A stretch of DNA of 49,238 nt from Candidatus Hadarchaeota archaeon (lineage in GTDB: Archaea; Hadarchaeota; Hadarchaeia; Hadarchaeales; Hadarchaeaceae). The stretch is from contig CAYUMT010000002.1 in assembly GCA_964446015.1 (NCBI GenBank), positions 1 through 49,238 of the forward strand, given 5' to 3'. The notes under the pieces are model-generated. The model was not told the origin of the DNA and searched no databases. It was given only the letters and a program-made list of their open reading frames with translations. Numbering within the stretch: position 1 is the first letter of the stretch; every line of letters begins with the position of its first letter. A program made the position numbers and the translations under genes. This document shows positions 25,959 through 33,766 of this stretch, piece by piece.

Positions 25959-26843
25959 ATGTTTGAGGGAGCATGCACCGCTATGGTGACACCCTTCCGT
26001 ACAGATGGAAAGGTTGACGAGGATGGGCTGAGGGCTAACGTGGGGTTTCAGATAAAGCAGGGCATTCACGGCCTTGTGCCATGCGGTACAACGGGGGAGA
26101 GCCCGACACTTTCTTATGAGGAGCACAACCGCGTAATAGAGGTCGTTGTAGACGCCGCCAACGGTAAGGTTCCCGTTCTAGCCGGGACCGGTAGTAACAG
26201 CACTTGGGAGACAATAATGCTCACGAAGCACGCGAAGGAAGTCGGTGCAGACGGTGCGTTAGTCGTGGTACCGTACTACAACAAGCCGACGCAAGCTGGG
26301 CTCTACGCGCACTTCAAAAAGGTAGCCGAGGAAATAGACATCCCGCAGGTGATTTATAACATACCCTCCCGCACCGGCGTTAACATGTTACCGGATACGA
26401 TGGCGAAACTGGCAAAACTGAAGAACATCGTGGGGGTGAAGGAGGCGAGCGGAGACCTCAAGCAGATTGCGCGGATAATCGAGCTGGCGCGGGGGGAGGA
26501 TTTCTTGGTGACGTCGGGTGACGACTTATTGACTCTTGATTTAATGAAATTGGGCGGCAAGGGGATCATCTCAGTCGCTTCGAATATAATACCAGATAGG
26601 GTAGTGAAGCTTGTCGATACCGTTCGAAAGGGAGACCTCAAGGCAGCCGAGGGGATAAACGATGGTCTTAAAGCGATCTTCAAGGCTCTTTTTGTGGAGA
26701 CTAACCCAGGTCCCGTGAAGATGGCTATGAAATGGATAGGTATGCCAGCAGGTGGCCTGAGAATGCCTTTGGTTGAGCCATCACCTGATAACCAAGCTAA
26801 GCTGCGCAAAGTTTTGGTCGAGATGGGGTTGCTGAAAAAGTGA
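25959..26843 (+). CDS. dapA: 4-hydroxy-tetrahydrodipicolinate synthase
   Basis: TAMVTPF, GTTGESPTLS, YNIPSRTG and GVKEASGD (active-site Lys context). Confidence 0.9.
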   Translation: MFEGACTAMVTPFRTDGKVDEDGLRANVGFQIKQGIHGLVPCGTTGESPTLSYEEHNRVIEVVVDAANGKVPVLAGTGSNSTWETIMLTKHAKEVGADGALVVVPYYNKPTQAGLYAHFKKVAEEIDIPQVIYNIPSRTGVNMLPDTMAKLAKLKNIVGVKEASGDLKQIARIIELARGEDFLVTSGDDLLTLDLMKLGGKGIISVASNIIPDRVVKLVDTVRKGDLKAAEGINDGLKAIFKALFVETNPGPVKMAMKWIGMPAGGLRMPLVEPSPDNQAKLRKVLVEMGLLKK

Positions 26844-27613
26844 TCCGAGTAGCGATTACAGGCGCCTGCGGGCGGATGGGCAGGCTAGTCGTTCGACAGG
26901 TTGCGATGCAGAAGGACATGAAGATAGTTGCGGCAATCGATGTTGCTGGCGCACCAAGTGAGGGTAAAGATATAGGTGAGATTTCAGGTGTGGGCAAGCT
27001 TGGCGTTGAGGTGGTCGGCGCGGACAAGCTTGCAAAAGTCCTAGGGCGCTCCAAACCAGATGTGCTCATCGACTTCACAATTCCTGAGGCCTCAGTGAAG
27101 AATGTAAAGGCTGCGTCAAAGGCCGGCGTTTCCGTGGTCGTGGGCACAACTGGGCTCAGCGACCAGCAGAGGGAGGATATGGCTAGTGTTATAAAAGACG
27201 GGAAGATCAGGGCGGTCATCTCGCCTAACTTTTCGGTGGGCGTGAACGTGTTCTTCAAGTCCGTCCAGGATATTGCTAGGAAGCTCGGGAAAGGACAGGA
27301 GGTTGACATCGCTGAGGTCCATCACGTGCACAAACGGGATGCCCCCAGCGGGACGGCACTGAAGGCTGCGGATATCATAGCAAAGGAGCTCGGCCTGAGC
27401 AAAGAGGGGATCAGGATAAAGTCCGTTCGAGAGGGGGAGGTTGTGGGTGAACACACGGTCACTTTTTCAAATCCATATGAGCAGGTCGAGGTAGCTCACC
27501 GTGCCAAGACTAGGGAGACCTTCGCGGCTGGAGCGGTGAAGGCAGCTCGCTATGTGGTCAAGAAGGGTGAACCCGGTGCAATAAAGGACATGCAGGCAGT
27601 GCTTGGGTTGTGA
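26840..27613 (+). CDS. dapB: 4-hydroxy-tetrahydrodipicolinate reductase
   Basis: The N-terminal VAITGACGRMGR is a Rossmann motif. Also EVHHVHKRDAPSGTA. 4-nt overlap with dapA. Confidence 0.9.
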   Translation: MIRVAITGACGRMGRLVVRQVAMQKDMKIVAAIDVAGAPSEGKDIGEISGVGKLGVEVVGADKLAKVLGRSKPDVLIDFTIPEASVKNVKAASKAGVSVVVGTTGLSDQQREDMASVIKDGKIRAVISPNFSVGVNVFFKSVQDIARKLGKGQEVDIAEVHHVHKRDAPSGTALKAADIIAKELGLSKEGIRIKSVREGEVVGEHTVTFSNPYEQVEVAHRAKTRETFAAGAVKAARYVVKKGEPGAIKDMQAVLGL

Positions 27614-27627
27614 AGATAGGGAGTTTT

Positions 27628-27897
27628 ATGAAGATACTATTGGACGAGATGTATACCGGCCTTAAGCCGTTCCTAAAGGCGCTGGGATGGGACGTGCTTA
27701 CCGTCGAGGAGGCCGGGATAAGGGGCGCGGACGATCTTCAAGTGGTGGAACATGCGAAGCAGAAAGGGTTCCTAGTAGTGTCTCAGGAGCAGAAGGTCGC
27801 CGAAATAGCTGAAATCAAGGGAGTTCCGCATGTGGTCATCGGGTCGGTCGAGATAGCCAAGGTAATCGATCAGAAGTTAAAGTCACTTAAGCTATGA
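27628..27897 (+). CDS. DUF5615/Mut7-C-like PIN-fold small protein
   Basis: KILLDEMYTGLKPFLKALGWDVLTVEEAGIRGADDLQVVEHAKQKGFLVVSQE follows the ILLDENLP...GHDV...G..GA.D..I...A pattern of this family as I recall it. The track GTG start at 27610 overlaps the dapB stop. Confidence 0.5.
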   Translation: MKILLDEMYTGLKPFLKALGWDVLTVEEAGIRGADDLQVVEHAKQKGFLVVSQEQKVAEIAEIKGVPHVVIGSVEIAKVIDQKLKSLKL

Positions 27898-28019
27898 GTC
27901 GTTTAGAGTATTCTAGAAAGACTTTTTGATTTAGTTAAGGGGGACTGTAAGGTCAAGACGCTGCCACGATTTGGTTCCCTTTTGCCTAGCTCATCTAGTT
28001 TTGTTCGCGTGGCGTAAGT

Positions 28020-28529
28020 TCACTTTTTCCCATACTTGTCCCTGAACACGATTTCCCCCAGCTCCTTTCGCTGCGATTTTGGGAACTCGTCAGGATAGCC
28101 AAGGGCTATTATTGATAACAGGCGTCTGTCCCTAGGGATGTTCATAACTTCTTTTGCATAGTCCTCGTAGTCCATTCCGTATGAGCCTATCCAGCAACCG
28201 CTGATACCAAGGGAATGGGAGGCAAGCAGTATGTTCTGGGTAGCGATTGCCCCATCCTCTACCGCATGCTTGGATCCATTGGGGTCGATCACAACCGCGA
28301 TTCCTAACTGGGCATCCGCGAGGAATTTCCCGTGCGTGGTGGTGGCTTTTGCTACCTCTTTTCGAACATCCCCATCACTCAACACGATGAATCTACAGTG
28401 CTGGGCGTTCCAGGCCGAGGGAGCCCACCTGCCCGCATCAAGGATTTTCTTGATGTGCTCTTCAGGGATGGGTTTTTTCTTGTACTTTCTCACGCTTCGT
28501 CTAGTTTTAATAGCTTCTAGGACATCCAT
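28020..28529 (-). CDS. Nitroreductase family protein
   Basis: MDVLEAIKTRRSVRKY ... APSAWNAQHCRF is the classical nitroreductase N-terminus. Confidence 0.85.
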   Translation of the reverse strand: MDVLEAIKTRRSVRKYKKKPIPEEHIKKILDAGRWAPSAWNAQHCRFIVLSDGDVRKEVAKATTTHGKFLADAQLGIAVVIDPNGSKHAVEDGAIATQNILLASHSLGISGCWIGSYGMDYEDYAKEVMNIPRDRRLLSIIALGYPDEFPKSQRKELGEIVFRDKYGKK

Positions 28530-28650
28530 ATGATTACCTCACCTAAGTTTTCCCCAGTGATATTAAAGTTTAATTTGAACGCTTACTAGACAACAAACCA
28601 ACCAGAACAAAGGAGTTTTAAGTAAAGTGGTGGACCTTTAATCGGTAGAT

Positions 28651-29436
28651 ATGGCAATAGGACTTTTTGAAGTTGTACTTATCCTAATAGTATTTATAAT
28701 AGCCATAATCCTACCAATGTCGATAAAAATCTTACGTGAATACGAGCGGGCCGTGAAGTTCAGGTTGGGCAGATTCGCCGGAGTAAAGGGGCCGGGGCTG
28801 TTTTTAATCCTTCCAGGTTTAGAAAAACTAGCAAAGGTTGACATGCGCACAATAACGCTAGACGTCCCCAAACAACGGATCATCACCAAGGACAACGTCA
28901 GCGTCAATGTCGATGCCGTGGTCTATATACGAGTAGTGAATCCAGGCGACGCCATTATGAAAGTGGAACATTACATAATCGCCACAAGCTTGCTTGCCCA
29001 GACCACACTTCGGGACGTGCTGGGGCAATCGGAATTGGACGAAATACTATCCAAGCGGGACGAGCTGAACACGAGGCTTCAGAAAATCCTCGACGAAGCC
29101 ACCGACCCATGGGGCATAAAAGTCACTGCGGTAACGATAAGGGATGTGAGCCTTCCCGAGGAGATGCTTCGCGCTATTGCCAAGCAGGCCGAGGCTGAGC
29201 GGGAGCGAAGATCTAGGGTCATAATGGCTCAGGGGGAGTTCGAAGCTGCTAAGAAGATGTCGGAGGCAGCGAAGCAATACGCGGAAAACCCGGCCGCACT
29301 TAGACTTAGAGAGCTTCAAACGTTGACAGAGATAGCACGCGAGAAGAACTTAATAGTGGTTAGCCCGACCCAACTGGGGACCCAACTCGGGGAAGTATTG
29401 GGGATAACTTCCGCGCTTCAGAAGCCTAAGAAGTGA
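28651..29436 (+). CDS. SPFH/band-7 stomatin-like protein
   Basis: N-terminal TM helix, then EYERAVKFRLGRF, ITKDNVSVNVDAVVYIRV and an EAERERRSRV coiled region. Confidence 0.9.
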   Translation: MAIGLFEVVLILIVFIIAIILPMSIKILREYERAVKFRLGRFAGVKGPGLFLILPGLEKLAKVDMRTITLDVPKQRIITKDNVSVNVDAVVYIRVVNPGDAIMKVEHYIIATSLLAQTTLRDVLGQSELDEILSKRDELNTRLQKILDEATDPWGIKVTAVTIRDVSLPEEMLRAIAKQAEAERERRSRVIMAQGEFEAAKKMSEAAKQYAENPAALRLRELQTLTEIAREKNLIVVSPTQLGTQLGEVLGITSALQKPKK

Positions 29437-30678
29437 TCATTTCCTTAGAACCCTACGCTTTCGCACCACCAGCATGATTCCCTTTACGTCCTTGACGACC
29501 ACCTGCCCCCCTTCTTTGATTTGCTCCTTTGATGTTGCCGTCCAGAGTTCCCCTCTTATCTTGACAAGCCCGCGAGGAGCTATTCCGGTCACCGCCACCC
29601 CGGCCTGACCGATTAGCTGCTCCTTACCGACCACCGGAGGTTTTCGCACAGTACGCCTAATCAAAAAAATGACAACTGTGAATATTACAATCAATGCAAT
29701 AACCACTGCTTTGACGATGTCACTGGAGATTTCAATCCACGGTTCCCTATGGATACCCACCATAATAAGCCCCAAGAGTAGAGCTAGCCCGCCACCGATT
29801 CCGAAAACTCCAAAACCAGGCGTAAAGATTTCCGCTGCAATCAAGGCTATGCCCAATAAGAAGAGAGCTATGCCCACATAGTTTAATTGAAGCACCCCAA
29901 GGCCCCAGAGGGCTAGCAGCAAGCATATTGCCCCTGCCACGCCTGGGACACCTATCCCGGGGGTCATCACCTCAGCTAACAGACCTAAGAAACCCAATGT
30001 AAAAAGAATCGTGGCTACTTCAGGGTTGCTCAATGCCCTGAGTATTTCATCAAAAAGATCCATCCCTATGTTCTCAACGCTTGCGCTTTTCTCGTCCATG
30101 TACTCTAGGATTTGGTCCATGTTTGTGGCGCGGATTTCAATTATCCGATTTTCCAATGCCTCCGTTGGGTTCATCGTCAAATTTTGAGTCACGAATAATT
30201 CGGCCTTTTCTCTTGGTCTCCCGCGTTTCTCTGCTATCGATCCAAGCCACTCCGCCATTGCCGCAGTAGTTTTTGGGTCCACAGGCCTCGGCTCTGCAGC
30301 ACCTATTGCTGTGCCCTCGTCCATGGCTGCTACATGTGATGCCATGGCGATGTAGGTCCCGGCGGAGAAGCCCCAAGCTCCGGCGGGCGTAATCCAAACG
30401 ACAATCCTCGTGTCAGATGTAATCATCCTATCTACAATTTCCTTCGTTGAAGACAGCAGCCCGCCTGGCGTGTCCATCTCAATCATTAAGGTAGCATTTT
30501 CTTTTTCAGCGATGTTTATTGCCCTAATCACAAAATTCGATATTCCTGCATCTATTGTCCCATCGACGCGTATTACATAAACGTGATTTTGTTGTGCCTG
30601 TGCTAACTGAGCTGCTGAGAAAGAACACAGTGCAAACAGAAGGAACGTAATTACAATCCTGCGATTTTTCATATTCAC
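29437..30678 (-). CDS. NfeD-family membrane-bound ClpP-class serine protease (stomatin-operon-partner type)
   Basis: Signal/TM segment, then a ClpP-like domain (IEMDTPGGL, AGTYIAMA), a multi-TM block, and a C-terminal NfeD OB domain (GLVKIRGELWTA). Confidence 0.85.
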   Translation of the reverse strand: MNMKNRRIVITFLLFALCSFSAAQLAQAQQNHVYVIRVDGTIDAGISNFVIRAINIAEKENATLMIEMDTPGGLLSSTKEIVDRMITSDTRIVVWITPAGAWGFSAGTYIAMASHVAAMDEGTAIGAAEPRPVDPKTTAAMAEWLGSIAEKRGRPREKAELFVTQNLTMNPTEALENRIIEIRATNMDQILEYMDEKSASVENIGMDLFDEILRALSNPEVATILFTLGFLGLLAEVMTPGIGVPGVAGAICLLLALWGLGVLQLNYVGIALFLLGIALIAAEIFTPGFGVFGIGGGLALLLGLIMVGIHREPWIEISSDIVKAVVIALIVIFTVVIFLIRRTVRKPPVVGKEQLIGQAGVAVTGIAPRGLVKIRGELWTATSKEQIKEGGQVVVKDVKGIMLVVRKRRVLRK

Positions 30679-30923
30679 AACTCTGATAATACTACCTATC
30701 TACCAAAATAAATGTCGAAGTTGCGTAGGATTAATCAAATGATCACACGATACTTTTTTGCACGATTTTCACCCCTCCGAAAAGGAGTGATTTAATGGGG
30801 GAGTTTTGAGCAGAATTGGTATCGAGAGCTTCTTTTAAGAAATGGTAATCCTATCTTTTCGTTTCGGCCTTCTGGATGTTATCGGGTTTATTTGGTATCA
30901 AAGTCATGTTGAAAGTGTGACAA

Positions 30924-31376
30924 ATGGAAATAAAAGATTCAATAGAAATAAAAACAAAACCTGAAAAAATTTGGGAATTTTTCACCAACCTTGAAGAGAA
31001 TTACAAGACCTGGCACCCTCAAGATCATGTTTTATTCAAATGGACTGGAGGAAAACCAATGGAAGTTGGTTCTACCTTTTACGGTGAAGAAGTTATGAGG
31101 GGGGAATTAAAAAAACTCAAGGGGACCTGTGTTGAATCCATTCCAAACAGAAAAGTTGTATTCAAACTTCCTTTCCCCATATCGTTAGTGACTTCTAAGA
31201 TCGAATGGATAATTGAACCTAAAGGCTCAAATTCTGTTTTTACTGCTATAATTGATTTGAGATTTGAAAGATTTTATCGTAAATTATTTAAAAAAAGAAT
31301 TGAAACCGCAATTGAAGTCGCTGAAAAACATATGGGGGAAGAGGGAGAAAATCTCAAAAAGATTTTAGAAGAATAA
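30924..31376 (+). CDS. SRPBCC (START/polyketide-cyclase-like) family protein
   Basis: 150 aa. The IEIKTKPEKIWEFFTNLEENYKTWHP opening is typical of SRPBCC proteins. Confidence 0.65.
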   Translation: MEIKDSIEIKTKPEKIWEFFTNLEENYKTWHPQDHVLFKWTGGKPMEVGSTFYGEEVMRGELKKLKGTCVESIPNRKVVFKLPFPISLVTSKIEWIIEPKGSNSVFTAIIDLRFERFYRKLFKKRIETAIEVAEKHMGEEGENLKKILEE

Positions 31377-31538
31377 ATCTGTGCAATGAAAATACGTTTT
31401 TTAGCCAGTCTTTTTACTTTTTCCGTCCTCAAGACTTGGGTTAATCAGGGCCTTCCCCTTAGACACTTTTACAAAAAGGAGTAACCTAATTTTTCAAAAA
31501 CCTTTTGATTTTCAGCTCCATCAGAGATTTTATTAGAT

Positions 31539-32123
31539 ATGAATGGGGTAGTAAATAGGGGAGGGGGGATAGTGGGAAGGTTTGCAAAGGAGATGGTGAG
31601 GAAGAAAGAAGAGGAAATGGCAAGGAAGATAGCAGCAAAGGAAAAAGAAAAAATAGGTCGTTCTGGTTTGGGAAGTGCAGCAAGTGATGTTGGCGCGCGC
31701 ACAGAATTAATAACTAAAACATGGGAAGCGTTGGAAGAAGCCAGCCGTGTTGTATGGCAGCCTTTCGCCACCCTCGAAGCGAAGGCCTCCAATGGCAAGA
31801 GGGTAATAGTTCAACTTGCAACGAGCCGAAAAGTCCTTCCAGATCGGGTGCTTAATTTTTGTGGCCTTGACGACGTGTTGTACCGAGAGACGACCGACTT
31901 CCTTAAATGCCGAGTGGGGCCAGACGGTGTTTTAAACAAGAGTCCACCGCAAGATGGGGCAAAGGGTTTCGTTACATTTGAGGTACGTAAGAAAAACGTA
32001 GCCAAGTGGCTTGAGGCATACTTTAAGCAAGTTAATGACATGCCAAATGATTTCAAGCTTACCGTAACAGAATTGTTCAGTGAATCACCTAACCTCAGAA
32101 GTCCACGTGCTGTAGCGTCTTAA
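31539..32123 (+). CDS. Hypothetical protein with K/E-rich N-terminal segment
   Basis: ORF with protein-like composition. The antisense ORFs are low-complexity. No family recognised and the start is uncertain. Confidence 0.4.
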   Translation: MNGVVNRGGGIVGRFAKEMVRKKEEEMARKIAAKEKEKIGRSGLGSAASDVGARTELITKTWEALEEASRVVWQPFATLEAKASNGKRVIVQLATSRKVLPDRVLNFCGLDDVLYRETTDFLKCRVGPDGVLNKSPPQDGAKGFVTFEVRKKNVAKWLEAYFKQVNDMPNDFKLTVTELFSESPNLRSPRAVAS

Positions 32124-32308
32124 CTTCTCCAATTCCTTTCGCTCCAAAAGGTTCGCTTGGACCCTTGACCCCAAACCATTTTCCACCGCTCAGGAAAGGC
32201 ATTTTAAAGCCATATTATTTTGTCCCCTGCTAAATGACAAGATCGACTGAAAGAGTGTGGCATATTGCCCAGATGGGGTTCGTGTGAGGTTGAAAATGGA
32301 AAAATAGT

Positions 32309-32327
32309 AAAAAAAGTTAAATTTTAA
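32309..32327 (+). promoter_or_regulatory. BRE/TATA-like element AAAAAAAGTTAAATTTTAA upstream of the antiporter gene
   Basis: A purine run followed by a TTAAAT/TTTTAA box, 34-52 nt upstream of the ATG at 32361. An identical 19-mer recurs at 42130..42148. Confidence 0.4.
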
Positions 32328-32360
32328 GCTTTATAAGAAAATAAAAATAAAAGTTGACCG

Positions 32361-33647
32361 ATGGTTTCCGTACTTCCTTTCCTGCTAGCGGGCATAATAC
32401 TTATTCTGGGCTTCATAGGTGACTATATCTTCAAAAAAACGAGTGTCCCTGACATACTGATAATGATATTTCTTGGTTACATGCTGGGTCCCGTCTTCAA
32501 CATAATCAACCTTGCGGACTTGGCACCTATAACGCAAGTCTTCGCCACTTTGGCGCTCTTGGTGATACTTTTTGATAGTGGACTGCAACTGGACCTAATC
32601 AAAACTTTGCGGAACAGCCCGAGGGCGGTGATAATGGCTTTCACAGGGATGGTTTTTTCAATGTTTTTAGGCGCATTCTTCTTGGTGCTAGTTTTAAACT
32701 GGAGTTTTATTGAAAGTTTGTTAATGGGTGCTATACTGGGCGGTACAAGCTCGGCAGTCGTCATACCCCTCATTACCCGAATGAATAAGCCTGAAAAGAT
32801 CTCCACAATTTTGAGCTTGGAGTCGGTGTTTACGGATGCATTGGTTGTGGTCCTCGGGATAACTTTGCTCCAGCTGCTCACGGGCACGGTAAGTGGCGAC
32901 GCACTTTCAATTGTTATGACCGGAATAGCTTCACAATTCTCCATTGGAATAATCGTTGGGCTGTTTTTGGGTATAATCTGGTTAAGTGTCTTAAAGATCG
33001 TCAGGGGCAGCGTGTACGACGATATTCTAACGTTAGCTTTCGTTTTGCTGGTCTATTCCATTGTCGATGGGTTGGGGGGAAATGGCGCGATTTTTGCCAT
33101 TACATTTGGTCTGGTTTTGGGAAACGGTTACGCGATTTCCAAAATGTTAAGAATTAAAAATCCTGTTCAGGCCTCTAAGGTAATGAAAAAGTTCCAATCG
33201 CAGATTTCATTCCTGCTCAGGACGTTTTTCTTTGTTTATCTGGGTTTGATCATCTCCTTCCAGAACTTTTACATGATCTTGGCGGGCATCATCCTGTCCG
33301 CAATTTTATTGTTCTGCAGATATTCGACTGTTTTAATCGTTTCCGTCAGGGAAAAATTGCTGAAGAAGAATAAGATGTTGTTAACAATCATGCTTCCGAG
33401 GGGATTGGCCGCCGCAGTCATGGCGCAAATCGTAGCATCCTCTACTGTTCCAAATGGCGCTCTATTTCCGGATATAGTTATAGCAGTTATCGTGGTTACC
33501 GTTTTAATTTCGTCGATCGGGCCTTTTTTAATAGGTAGAAAATCCAAGCAGGGTGAAAATTCAGTTGGGTTGAGGAGGAGACGTGCGAGGAAGGTCGGGC
33601 GAGTGCGTACCAAACGTCGAGTGCTTCCATATAGCTTTAGAAAATGA
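32361..33647 (+). CDS. Cation:proton antiporter (Na+/H+ exchanger family)
   Basis: About 11-12 TM helices with LLVILFDSGLQLD and ESVFTDA motifs. Basic C-terminal tail. Confidence 0.8.
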   Translation: MVSVLPFLLAGIILILGFIGDYIFKKTSVPDILIMIFLGYMLGPVFNIINLADLAPITQVFATLALLVILFDSGLQLDLIKTLRNSPRAVIMAFTGMVFSMFLGAFFLVLVLNWSFIESLLMGAILGGTSSAVVIPLITRMNKPEKISTILSLESVFTDALVVVLGITLLQLLTGTVSGDALSIVMTGIASQFSIGIIVGLFLGIIWLSVLKIVRGSVYDDILTLAFVLLVYSIVDGLGGNGAIFAITFGLVLGNGYAISKMLRIKNPVQASKVMKKFQSQISFLLRTFFFVYLGLIISFQNFYMILAGIILSAILLFCRYSTVLIVSVREKLLKKNKMLLTIMLPRGLAAAVMAQIVASSTVPNGALFPDIVIAVIVVTVLISSIGPFLIGRKSKQGENSVGLRRRRARKVGRVRTKRRVLPYSFRK

Positions 33648-33766
33648 AAAGTTTCTACCGGTTGTATCCCTTTGAACATTATCATAAAACATTAATTTGC
33701 GGTAAATAACAGTACCAAGAGTTAGAAACATACTTCTTTATAGGTTAAGATTGATTGTTGCATTAT

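Noticed and set aside
22762-27309. Long antisense ORFs across the lysine operon (22762..23457, 23811..24296, 24824..25675, 25692..26126, 26354..26809, 26797..27309)
   Set aside because: They lie opposite genes with unambiguous enzyme motifs, have S/P/R/A-rich low-complexity translations, and are expected in GC-rich, stop-poor DNA.
30766-30777. Exact 12-mer TTTTCACCCCTC shared with 36893..36904
   Set aside because: An exact 12-mer repeat is expected by chance many times in a 49-kb window when both strands are considered. I kept it only as context for the repeat-cluster finding.
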